A stretch of DNA of 64,000 nt, taken from assembly GCA_046563655.1 (NCBI GenBank), contig CM102288.1, positions 3,100,001-3,164,000 of the forward strand. The letters run 5' to 3'. A model generated the notes under the pieces. That model saw only the letters and a program-made list of their open reading frames with translations, did not search any database and was not told the origin of the DNA. Both the position numbers and the translations under genes were made by a program. Shown here one piece after another: positions 32,101 to 43,640 of the stretch (the first letter of the stretch is position 1; each line of letters begins with the position of its first letter). The stretch comes from Yuukianura sp. NJ FZ-2021. Its lineage: Eukaryota.

Positions 32101-33302
32101 AAAATTGACAAGAGAGGTTCCAATTCTCATTAATCGTTAAGATCCAGAGGTATCTTCCGAAATGGACAGTACATTTTTAAAAAGCCTTAGTTTTTAAGGA
32201 AGTTTTTACAAATCAAGAGCTACAAAACAAACGAAAGCAACATTCACATTTCCGCAACATTCGTAATTCCCGTAACTTCCGAAATTCCAGTCTCCGTTTC
32301 CTTACAAATGGCCACTTTTGATAACTCTAAACGTTTAAAACGTTCCAGCATGTTTTTAAAATGTCGATAACAAACAGATTAGATTTTATATTTTAATCAG
32401 TCGCTACTCTTTTTTCAAAAGTCGTTCGAACAACGTTTTAGTTTTGTAGGCGTGTTGAAAATTTAATTTTAAGAAGCGCTTTGTACAATTCGACTAGAGG
32501 CATGAAATGTCGTTTTTTTAAAAGTTAAGTGTTTAGGCTTAGGGATTGAGAGATTGACTGGAATAAATTTTCGCATTAGGCTTAAAACATACTTTCGAAA
32601 AGTGTTTTTTGAACTATTTTTTGAATTTTAAAAATTTTGAAATTGAAATTAACGTTTGTTTGCTTACCGCCCAGAATCAGTAGACTTGCTTCTATAATTT
32701 TCTTGTTTTTTTGACAAAAGTGGCCAAAAACGAGTGATAGGAACGACAGTGTTGTAAACAGGAGTGACAGGGCAATGAACGGCAGCGTGAGACTGAAAAT
32801 GTAAGTTATTAATTTTCATTATTGATTAATTCATTTTTATTATTAATTTATTCATTTTGGGTTAACTTTTACTAATTTTGTATTTCTTTTACCGTAGTTT
32901 CTGGATACAGTTGGCAATCAGCTCAGTTGGGATTGGCGTCGGCGCTGCTTTTCTCTGGAAGTTCCAGTTGAGGAAATTGAAGTTATACCAGTCCAGGTCA
33001 TGACACTCCATTGAATTGGGGCCACTGTCACTAGATGACCTTGACCTTTGACCTCTGTCTCTTCCAGTTCCAGAAGTACTTGGCATTTCCTGGACACACA
33101 TTTTGAACAGTCCGAACTTGGCTCGGATGAGATGTGGTTGCGGTTCTTCGTAGGGCCCTAACTTGTCCAGTTCCAGTTGATAGTGTCGGGGTTGCTGAAT
33201 TGTGAGCCAATCAAGTGTGAGGACTGCAATCCACAGGATGACCAGTGCACCCAGACAACACAGAGTGCCGATATGACCGAATGGACGGTACTCTTTCTTC
33301 AT
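29105..33302 (-). CDS. PMP-22/claudin-superfamily four-TM protein, TARP/CACNG (stargazin-like); 3 coding exons
   Basis: TM1 followed by DW, GLFKMC...C loop and [20 protein letters not shown] before a cytoplasmic tail. Exons about 33302-32893, 32793-32668 and 29721-29105; the last intron is about 2.9 kb. Confidence 0.78.
30045..30125. repeat. Three tandem 27-28 bp units, each with an octamer (ATTTGCAT) followed by ATTG(T/C)GATCT
   Basis: ATTTGCAT at 30049, 30076 and 30104 within GCT(G/C)ATTTGCATATTG(C/T)GATCT. Confidence 0.9.
30490..32037 (+). CDS. Heterotrimeric G protein alpha subunit, G12/13 (concertina) class, nested in the intron of the TARP-like gene
   Basis: [70 protein letters not shown] and C-terminal [12 protein letters not shown]. 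Confidence 0.93.
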
Positions 33303-33757
33303 CTTGTCCAAAAACCAAGGTCAAAGTTCAACACTTATGTCTTATATTCTACACTTACACTTTTTAACTTTGTTTTCTTTTCAAACTTTCACTTTTTTGT
33401 TTTTAGAAATTTTGAAATTCAAGACCGATAGTGCAGCTTTACTATGAAGTGTTTCGAAAGTGACGAGAAAGCAGAAGGGGAGAGAAGGGAGTAACTCCCG
33501 GCCGACTCTGCGCAGAGAAAGCGAAGGCAGAGAAAGGGGAGAAAATTTTTGAAAAAAATGTTTTTAGAAAAGTGCGCACAGCTTTTTCAAAAAAAAATCT
33601 CTCCCCTGCAGAATTGCTAAAAGTGAAAGGTCAGAATTTGATTTTGAATGAAAAAGGAAAGATTAGGCAATGAGGTTTTTAATTAACTAGAAACAAAAAA
33701 TAAGCTGCAACATTTTGGCGGAGAGTTTTTCTAAATTTTTCAAAATTTTGACTTTTT

Positions 33758-36700
33758 TTAAACGTTCCAAATCAGCTTTCCCTTGTCGTCGAGCCGAATT
33801 TTGTTACGAGCCAGAAGTTCGAGAGCTCTGGGATACGCTTTATGCTCAACGGTTTTGACACGCTCCTGCAGGTCCACCACGGTGTCACCAACCTCAACTG
33901 GAATAGTTTCTTGGACTATGATTGCTCCAGAGTCAACTTCCTCCTGAAATGATTCAAAGAAATGAAATTTTGGAAAAGTTTTCTGAATTTTGAAGTTTAC
34001 TTTAACTTTCAGCTCACCTCGACAAAGTGTACTGTGCATCCAGTGACTCTAACTCCAGCAGCCAGAGCGTGTTCATGGGCATGCGCGCCTTTGAAGCTGG
34101 GCAGCAGCGATGGATGGATGTTGACGAGTCGTCCTCTCCAGTGCCTCACAAACTCTGAACTGACTATGCGCATGAATCCAGCGAGACAGACGAGCGTGAC
34201 ATTGGCCTTCTCCAGTGCCTGGGTCATGACCTTGTCAAAAGCTTCTCTCGTTGGATACTCCTTGTGTGAGATGACCAAAGTTGGAATTCCAGCGTTTTCG
34301 GCTCTCCGCAGACCCTCGACTCCTGCGTGATTGGAAATGACCAAAGCAATTTCAGCCATACTTCCAACGTTTGGATTCTGCGTGTGGTCGATCAGTGCTT
34401 GAAGGTTTGTGCCAGTTCCGGAAATGAGGACTCCGACGCGTTTCTTAGCAACGAGACCATTGGCCAAGTGTGTGTGTGGTTTCATAAGGGGAGCCATGAC
34501 TTCTGGAAAGTTCTTGACACGAACTTGAGCTTCATCTGGAAATGACCAAAAAATTTAAAATGTCATTTTCAAAAACTTTTCAACTTCAAAATTTTGTTTT
34601 TTCAATTTTTCCTGACCTCCAAATCGATCTTTTACAGTTCCAATAAGGTGGACGTTATCTTCTGTCATCATGCGAAGAACATGCGGTTGATCTTCTGGAC
34701 TCACAATCTGTTCAAAAATCACCACTTTTGGTTCAAAATTTCAAAATTTTGAAAAACCATGTTCCAAAATCTTACCAAGATGGCTCCCAGTCCACAGTTG
34801 AATGTTCTCAGCATCTCGACTTCGTTGACTCCGCCTCCTCCAGCGATCCAGCCAAAGACTGGTGGAATCGGCCACAACTTGGCATCAATTTCCACCGCTA
34901 GTGACTTCGGCAGTACTCGTGGAATGTTCTCCGTAAGTCCACCGCCAGTAATATGAGCAAAGGCCTTGACACGTCCACTTCTGAGGGCCGGAAGAACCGA
35001 TTTGACGTAAATCTTAGTTGGAATGAGCAGGGCTTCCCCGAGGGTCTTCTTGCCAGCATCTTCTCCAAATGGACAAGGATCGGAGTACTTCAAGTCCAAC
35101 TTCTCAACGACTCGTCGAACAAGGCTGAATCCGTTGCTATGTGGTCCGGTTGACGACAGGCCAAGAATGATGTCACCAGCTTGGATTCTATCTTTGAATG
35201 GTAATTGCTTGCCTCTCTCTACTGCTCCAACAGCGAAACCAGCTAAATCATAGACTCCCTTCGGGTAAATATCGGGCATTTCAGCGGTTTCTCCTCCTAA
35301 AATTTCGGAATTTTGAAAAATTTTCCAAAATATTTTGATTGAAATTCTTGACTAACCAATCAGGGCACATCCAGCTTGGCGACATCCTTCAGTGATACCA
35401 ATGAGAACTTTGGTGGCGACATCCACTTCTAGTTTTCCACAGGCAAAGTAGTCCAAAAAGTACAGCGGTTCGGCAGCATGCGCCAGAATGTCGTTGACAC
35501 ACATCGCGACAAGGTCAATTCCAACTGTGTCATGAATTTGAGTTTCTTCAGCAATCTACAAAAAAACGTTTTTCAGTTTTTCAAAACTTTTTTTTTTTAG
35601 ATTTTGGAAAAGTGACTACTAACCTTCAATTTCGTTCCAACTCCATCAGTTCCAGAAACCAAAAACGGATCTTTGTAACCCGCCTGTCGGAGGTCAAAGA
35701 AGCCTCCGAAATCTCCGATTCCGCCCATACAACCTTCTCTCTTCGTCGAATGTGTAAGAGCCACGATGTTCTTGACCAAACTATCTCCAGCGTCAATGTC
35801 AACTCCACTGCCCTTGTACGTCATTTGACCTTTGGACAGAAGAGCCCTTGCGATTCCTTTCCTTGCAATGTCAGTCCGATGCTGGGCTCCTTCAAAATGA
35901 ATTGTTTGAGCTGCCCTCTGAGCTTTAGCTGCAGCTACTGCCAGTTCATTTCCAATTGCAACTGCAATGAGCACTCGACCGCCTGATGTAACAACTTTTC
36001 CAGCGGGGTTTAGAGTAGTTCCAGCTTGGAACACCATTTGACCTGAATTGGCCTTCACCTCGTCAATCCCAGTAATCTCTTTTCCTTTGGCGTAACTTCC
36101 AGGATATCCAGCACTGGCCAGGACAACACCCACTGAATAGGTATTTGGAACCCACTTGATCTCAATTTCTGACAGGGCGCCCTGGAAATAAAAAAAAAAT
36201 GAGTTTCAAAATTTTGAAATTTTTCGGAAATTTAAAAATTGTTTTTGTTTTTTACCTTAATGCAAGCATCAAAGACTTCGTAGAGGTCAGATTCCATGAG
36301 TGGCAGGATGACCTGAGTCTCGGGGTCACCAAATCGACAGTTGAATTCCAGCACTTTTGGTCCGTCGCGGGTAATCATGAGTCCTGCGTAGAGCACACCA
36401 ACGTACTTCATTCCCTCTTTTCTGAGTCCGTTGACTGTTTTCTTGATAATGTTCTCCGTAACATACTCCAGCTGATCGTCACTAAGCAACGGACATGGAC
36501 AGTAAGCTCCCATACCACCAGTATTTGGTCCATTGTCACCGTCCAACAATCTGTAACAGGCAAAGTTAGATTTAATAAGGTAACATAACCTACATAAACG
36601 TAAAATGCTTACCGTTTGTGATCTTGGGCAGGCATCATGACTTCGACGTTCGTACCATCGCAGAAAGCCAAAACCGAAACTTCTTCACCCTCCAGCAGTT

Positions 36701-37503
36701 CTTCAACAATCAAAATCTCCGACGCTTCTCCGAATTCGCCGGCGATGATATCCACAGCTTCACAAGCCTGCTTCCGATCAGCAGCCACGATGACTCCTTT
36801 ACCAGCAGCCAATCCAGAAGCCTTAACAACAAGAGCTGGAATGTCAGCATTTTCAATGTACAGCTTGGCATCGGCTGGTCGTCTAAAGGCCTTCCACTTG
36901 GCAGAAGGAATTGAGTGACGATCCATGAAGGACTTGGCAAAGTGCTTGGACGCTTCCACTTGAGCAGCGGCTTTACGTGGACCGAATGTCGGAATTCCGC
37001 GGCTCGTCAATTCGTCGACGATTCCAAAGGAAAGTGGATCTTCTGGTCCAACAACGACCATATTAATTTGGTTTGCCACACACCAATCACCGACGGCCTG
37101 AAAACACAGGTTCAAGGTCAGATGAAAATTTTGAACGCAATGGTTTTCCCAAAAATTCTGATTTTCGAAAAAGTTCGAAATTCATCCAAGGACTCAGAAT
37201 TACTTCAATTAATTACTTACAGAGTAGTCGTTGACATTGAAGCATTGGAGATTCTTGACGATAGAGACTTTGGATCCTTCTGTAGCGATTCCAGCATTTC
37301 CATCAGGTACGTAGATGTGAGCAACCTACATTTCAAAATGAAAGTTCAAAATCCAAATTCTTGTTTCAAAAATTTCGTTGTTTTTTATACTTTTTTTTTC
37401 TTTTTACCTTATCAGACTGTGCCAATTTCCATGCAATTGCGTGTTCGCGTCCTCCGCTTCCAATGATCAGGACTTTGTTTGCAGCAGCTCCAGTGACACC
37501 CAT
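33758..37503 (-). CDS. GART: Trifunctional purine biosynthesis protein GARS-AIRS-GART
   Basis: [42 protein letters not shown] (GARS); [31 protein letters not shown] (AIRS); [23 protein letters not shown] (GART). Confidence 0.98.
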
Positions 37504-38150
37504 TGTTCAAAATTTTGAAAAAAACTTCTTTTTCTAAAAATTGACTTTCAAAATTGAACCTCCTCCCTTTGCCACTTCTTCTGGAATGAACGAGTTACTA
37601 GTAGCCTCGTGTTGAGCAATGGACCTTACATGTGACGATGTAAGTTGCTTAACTTCTGGTTCTGGAAGGGTGAGGGGTGTATTACAAATTAATTCTTAAA
37701 CATATAACCAACCAACATCTCCTCATTTCAATTTCAGAAGTTTATCTTACTTGGAGCTTCCTTGTCACAAGGGAAGCTAAATCTACTGAATCTTATCAAG
37801 ACAGAGTGACCTTTGACCTTTTGATGTCTCTTAAGTCTTGGAGTTGGTGATGACACTGGCAGAAAGATAGATGATGTCTCAAGAAGCTTAACTTTTTCTA
37901 ACGAATTACATTTCAAAGTTTCTGAAGCTCCGTGTGGGAAAGTGTTATAAGTGGCCAGCTTATCAGTTTGGTCAAAAGTTGACATTACGTAAATCAAGGT
38001 CAACTTTTTACTTGCACTTGAGAAACACTTTGAACTTATAGGCACTTACGACTAAACTTAGAAATAAACACAAATATTACTCCAGACTTTTTAAAGGAAA
38101 AGTAACTTTTATTCTACTTTTACTAATTTATATATTATTTTTATGCATTT

Positions 38151-41100
38151 TTAAGATCTCGAAACAACAACGGCTCCGCACTGATCAAACGAAACGGAAT
38201 TTGATTGGTTGAGAGCAGAATTTTCATGGGCGCTGCTGGCACAACGCGTTTCACGGCGCGAACAACCGACAGAAGCAGAGGTCAATTGCACAGTCTCGCC
38301 TTCCATGAGAACCGGATTGATGAAACTAATTAAGTTAGGAGCTGCGACGGACTTTGACACGCCGTAACTGAAGTAAATTATCAAACCTGAAATTTTCAAA
38401 GAAAAGAGAATGCTGATTTGGAAATCTTGAAAATTTTCAATTTCTTTTGTTTAAAGCAAAACTTATTCCTGACCTGTTGCAAGCCAAATTGCGAAAAGGA
38501 ATCCAGAAAACTCAAGCGTTTCGACCAGTAGACAGGAATGAAGCAAAATGGCCGCTGTTGGACCACAAGGGATGAGCGAGTACTGGAAAAAGTGCTGGAA
38601 TGCTGACATGTTCGTACCCTGTTGCTGTCCATTTGGCACTGCTGACCCTGTTGGTAGTGGTGCTGGTGTGGCAGGTACAGGAGATGACCTTGACATTGTC
38701 ATGGGTGACCTTGGGGTCATCGCTTTTCTCTGTGGCTGTCGACTAATCACAACCAGAAGGAGGAAGATGAGCAGTCCGGATGAAATGGCTAAAAGTGTCG
38801 CCACTAGGTCCATCTTTGGCATACGGTTGAGAGCTGTGGCCAACGTTAAGCAACTGATGGCCATAAAAACTGTTGCAAATGACACGCGTCGAGCTGAGGC
38901 TGGAGTGGGGTTCAGCGGTGTGCCGCCCCTTAGAGCTGCAAGACGCATGCGCTCCTGGAATTCGGCCACCACGGTGTCAATATCCGCTTCTCCTCCAGTA
39001 GGAACTTGGTCATCACAATAACCGTGACCTTCGTGGTCAGATATGGGAGACTCTTCAGCGTCACTGTCCGATTCGTACCCAGAAACGACACTGTCGACGC
39101 TGAATTCCACAGAGTCACGCCTGCTTCAAAAAAATGACACGAAAAACAAAATTTTCAGCAAATCGTTCAAAATTTTAGGAAAAAAAAACTTACGGTTCCA
39201 TTGAAGCTATCGCTACATCGTCCATCAAGTACGACCGATCACTGTTCGGATCTCTTCGGGTTCCGCTGGCTCCGCCCCCTCCGTGACCTTGACCACCGTC
39301 CAGCTCCAACTTCTTGATCTCATGTGGTATCTTAGACAGTCCAGATTTTAGAAAACTGACAGTCAGAAGTCGTCTTGTTTGACTTAAAGTACTTGATCTC
39401 TCCGCAGCAGTCATTAATCTTGTCCGATGTCGTGATTGGCTAACTTTTTGATGAGGGGAGGGGCTTATGCGGACTTGATATCTTGAGGCCATCATGGCCG
39501 AACCAATGACAATGTGAATACTCATGAGGCAACTGGAGACGAAGGCAAGGAGGACTTTGGTTTCAACTAAGAGGGCCTGGAGTGCACTTAGACTTCCAAA
39601 GACCAAAGGAGTGATGATCGTCCACTTTGACTCTTCAAAGTCATGCCGCTGAAATTCAAAATATTTCATAAAATCCAAGTTCATTTGAAATCTTGACCAA
39701 ATTTTACATCTTTCCGGAGAAGGCGATACAGTAGTCCATCGTTGGCCATTTTGGTTACACTCGAACAAAGGGGAATCAGGAATTCTAAAGTAGCTAACGA
39801 GAGAGCCGAGATTCCAAAGGAAGCAATTCCAATTCGCCAGCCGCCGTCCAGTGACCAGAGTAGTGGCGGGTCACGACAGATTCTAGAAACAATCAAAATT
39901 TTGAGAAAATTCCTAAAATTTTTGAAAGTACTTTCAGCACTTTGTAAAATTTTACCTGGAAGTATGAGGAGCCTTGCCCAGGGCAGTAGCTTCTAGAACG
40001 TAGAATAGGAACGCCATAGTTGACACCAAACAACCAATGAGAGAGAAACGTTTTTTGAGCGTGTAGTGTCTTTGGCCACCATGTGATTGGTGATTGTACT
40101 GGACACTCGGACCGTCTGGACAAGCGATTTTGTACAACCCAAAAAATCCAACGGATGAAATCGCTGCACTGGCTAATATTTTGGCATACTGAGTTTCTAC
40201 CGGTCCATCGTCTGGAAGACACTCAAAGTTGTCTTCTGGTTGAAGTGAGCTGGACCTGAGAATCGCTGAATCAGCGCTGTCGTTGCCTGGAACTATAAGC
40301 GATGATCCAAAAAACGCCAGCGTCGTACCAGACGTCAGTAGGAAGAGACATGTTCTCAGGAATCCTGATTCCTGAAAAACAAATAGACCGAAAATATGTG
40401 CGGGAATTTCAAAAACTGACAAAAATTCTGCTAAAGAGCTGAAAATGAAGTTTCAATTTCAAAGTTCAAATTCGACTGACCTCCATGCCGAGAGCACACA
40501 TGAAGGCTGGAACCATGGCGACAAAGAAGGCCAGCACGTCCATCCTGGCGCCCAGAGGGAACAAAGTTCCAAAATGATCTTCGACGAATGCCTGGACATG
40601 TCGCCCTGTCACTGCGTCCACAATTTCACTAACAGAGCGACAGCATGTAGCAAATCCGGTTGAAAACCCTTGAATCTTCCACCACGATACAAGAAATGCT
40701 GGAAATTCTCCGACACTGCTAAAGACACAACTGTACAGGTCACCGTTGCAGTGACCATGTTGAGATTCAAGGTCAGTGTAGATCCATACTGGAAACAAAG
40801 AGAGGGAAAGTTCAAAAAACTGTAACTTTCAAAATTTTGAAATTGATATATACCAGCCAGTGCAGCGTCAATCGCTGCTAGAAGTAGGGCAGCGATTAGG
40901 GCAGAGCCAGTAGTGACCTCCGTGATCGACGGAATGGCAACCAAAACTCCTTTAAAAAAAAATAAGCTTATGTGTTCATTTTGTTTAAATTTCGAGAACT
41001 AAAAATTTAAAAAACTAAAAACGTTAATTAGCAATTCGTTAATTACTTAAGAATGTTAATTACCTAGTGCAAACGGTCCTGCCAGCCCACGACATTTTTC

Positions 41101-41232
41101 TATCCATGGATTTCTGTACTGATGATGATCGTGACCTTGCCTCGGAAGTGGCCGTGTCCGAACTAGAGCAAAGGCCAATCGTTCCAATTTCCTTAAAATT
41201 CCTTCATTGGGTGACCACTCGACAATGGCCAT
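38151..41232 (-). CDS. Divergent SLC7 cationic amino-acid transporter-like protein (tadr-like)
   Basis: Multi-TM protein with GEFPAFLVSWW, MANDGLLYRLL, an acidic cytoplasmic loop, ISRQPQ and C-terminal WLATG|LIIYFSYGVSKS (AA_permease_C-like). Confidence 0.75.
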
Positions 41233-41721
41233 GATGTTCCCATGAACTTTGACCTTTCCTGTCGCATGTCACTTACTCGTCATCCTCTTCTTCGCTGTCT
41301 CCTTTTCTGCACGAAAGAAAACACTGGTTTACATTTGGTAAAATACAAGGAGGAGAAAGTTATTGATTTTCCAACATCAGAATGTCCTTTCTCTTTATGC
41401 GCAAAAACAACTTTCTTCGTGCTATCTAAAAATAGGTGAACACGACATGCATGATCATCCAAATTTGGAATATGAAAGCTTGACCTTTGACCTCTGCCCT
41501 GGACGAAACGAAATTCCATAAAACTTCAAATCTTTTACTGGACTAATAACTCTACGAAACGAAAGAAGTTATTTCTTGGATTGGCTCCCGCTACAAAAAA
41601 AAATGGCGGGAAAAATTGTGGTTTGAAGTTTCAAAGTTATCCGGTCATTTTTGTTTTTTATAACAAAGAATTTCCAACTTCTTGAAGAAACTCTATAACG
41701 TTTCTTGCAATTTGCTTGAAG

Positions 41722-41791
41722 CAAGGTAACTAAACATAAATACACACGCGTTTTCTAGAAAGCGCGTGTGTATTTATGTTTAGTTACCTTG
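41722..41791. mobile_element. 70-bp palindromic mini-element (TIR-only MITE) with 8-bp target-site duplication
   Basis: CAAGGTAACTAAACATAAATACACACGCG-t-TTTCTAGAAA-g-CGCGTGTGTATTTATGTTTAGTTACCTTG, flanked by GCTTGAAG at 41714-41721 and 41792-41799; absent at the paralogous site near 46940. Confidence 0.88.
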
Positions 41792-42172
41792 GCTTGAAGT
41801 ACTCGACCAACATGTTTTCAAATGTTGTCATAGTAACCGCTCTACTTAAGTCTCTCTGAAACGCCAAATTGTTTATTTACTGGTTTGAAACAACGTCGCG
41901 TCGTCGTCGGACCGGGACTTGTCTTCCTTGGCTTCATGCGACACTCTTCCTCGTTTGTTCTCGTCCAGCTCCAGGTCAAGGCCAACAAGTGCAACTTCCA
42001 AGGAAAGGAACCGAGTAATTGAGCCTCAAGTAATTCCTCATTTTAATTTAGGACTAATTGTTATTCCTGACATGTAACTTTGCTTATTACTAAACATTTT
42101 GTGCGTTTCAGGGCGCTTCTGGGATCCAAAGCTAAGTTTGTGCATACTAGAAGCAAGCAGAGTGCAGACGTG

Positions 42173-43600
42173 ATGAGATCCAGTGGAATATTCCGGACAG
42201 TGCTGCAATACTGGCTTATCCTCCTAATATTTCAAGTGCCGTCTATTGTTCAAGGAGTCGCATATCTATTTCAACAATGTGCCGGTCAACCTAATGACAG
42301 TGACGACGCATGTAGAAGTGGTCCTCCAGAATGGAAATGGAGGGCATGTTTTATCACCGACATTGACCGTCCAACAAAAACAGATTACAGCCGAATGTGC
42401 CGACCATTTATGGTGAAACCGCCCTTGACGAGAGAAGCACGGTTCATGGTAGCTGGTAGTGCTGAACGTGTTTGGAAAGATCCATGTCTGCAATTCGAAG
42501 CTTATTCGGCTGGGCTTTACAACGATCAAATCGGGATAACTATTAGCTACACTTTAGACCCTGCAAAACGAAAAGACTGTGAAGCACAAAAGAACTACAC
42601 AATACTTCGGATCGCTATGATGGGAATGAACGGCGGCTTTCCATGTGGCCGTTTTGTTGCACCATTCCCATCATATACTCCTCTGAAATACGGCAAGAAA
42701 CAATTCTACTACGACTCGGACGGAAGGAATGTTGGTGCTCGTGACGAGTCTTGTAACGACTTTTCGAAGGATCCGATTCGAGGGAAACATTGTTCATGTT
42801 TGGACGGAGACACATCAGATCCCCGTAGACCCTGGTTTAACAACGACGCTTTCTATCCACCAATCCAAATTATCGAGTGTCCCCGTCCATCACCTGAGAC
42901 AGAAAGGGACCTGAATAGTCAACACTCCGAGTTTAGGGTAATTTGAGTTCTTTACAAAATCAACTAAATTCAAAAAAAAGTAGAAGCCTAATCTTTGTTT
43001 GTTTTGTGTAGCACGTAGTCCCGGAACCCAACATGATCGAGATCGATATGACTAGATACCCACTCCAGCCTGGGTACGATCTAAAGAGTGGGACGAACTA
43101 CAGCAATGCCAATTTCGGTTTCGATCTCTTGTACTACTTCCACAAAGTACCATTTTCTGTTGATCCTAAGAAACCCAGCCAAGATAATGTTCCAGACCGA
43201 AAAATAATGATTACGTAAGCATCCAACATGTTAAGTGATAACCAATTAATTTCCGTCGAACTTTCCTTGTTTACTTTTGCCCGTTTTATTCTGTGGTTTT
43301 ACAGAGCCGAAGTGTACATGAATGTTAATGGAGCTGATACGATTACGTACTTCTGTGGTGGAGAGTTTGGGTTTTGGCCAACTTCCCAAGATCTCATAGA
43401 TAAGTACAGTAAACTTCCAATTCCCAAAATGATCAGCAAATGCGGAAGTGTTGATTTCCCTAAGGGCAAGTCTGACCTTACGGTTAATCAGTATGTGGCT
43501 CTAACAAGTAATACAAACATGCATTTTAATTATATCAATGACATTGAAAAACTCAAGCCAAAGTTCAATATCTCGTTTGATTCCGACCTGATTCCTAAAC

Positions 43601-43640
<40 letters not shown>

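Noticed and set aside
37840..37930. C/D-box snoRNA-like pattern (GTGATGA...CTGA with a short terminal stem)
   Set aside because: Lies opposite to the flanking genes and outside any intron, with only a short AT-rich candidate guide; compatible with chance.
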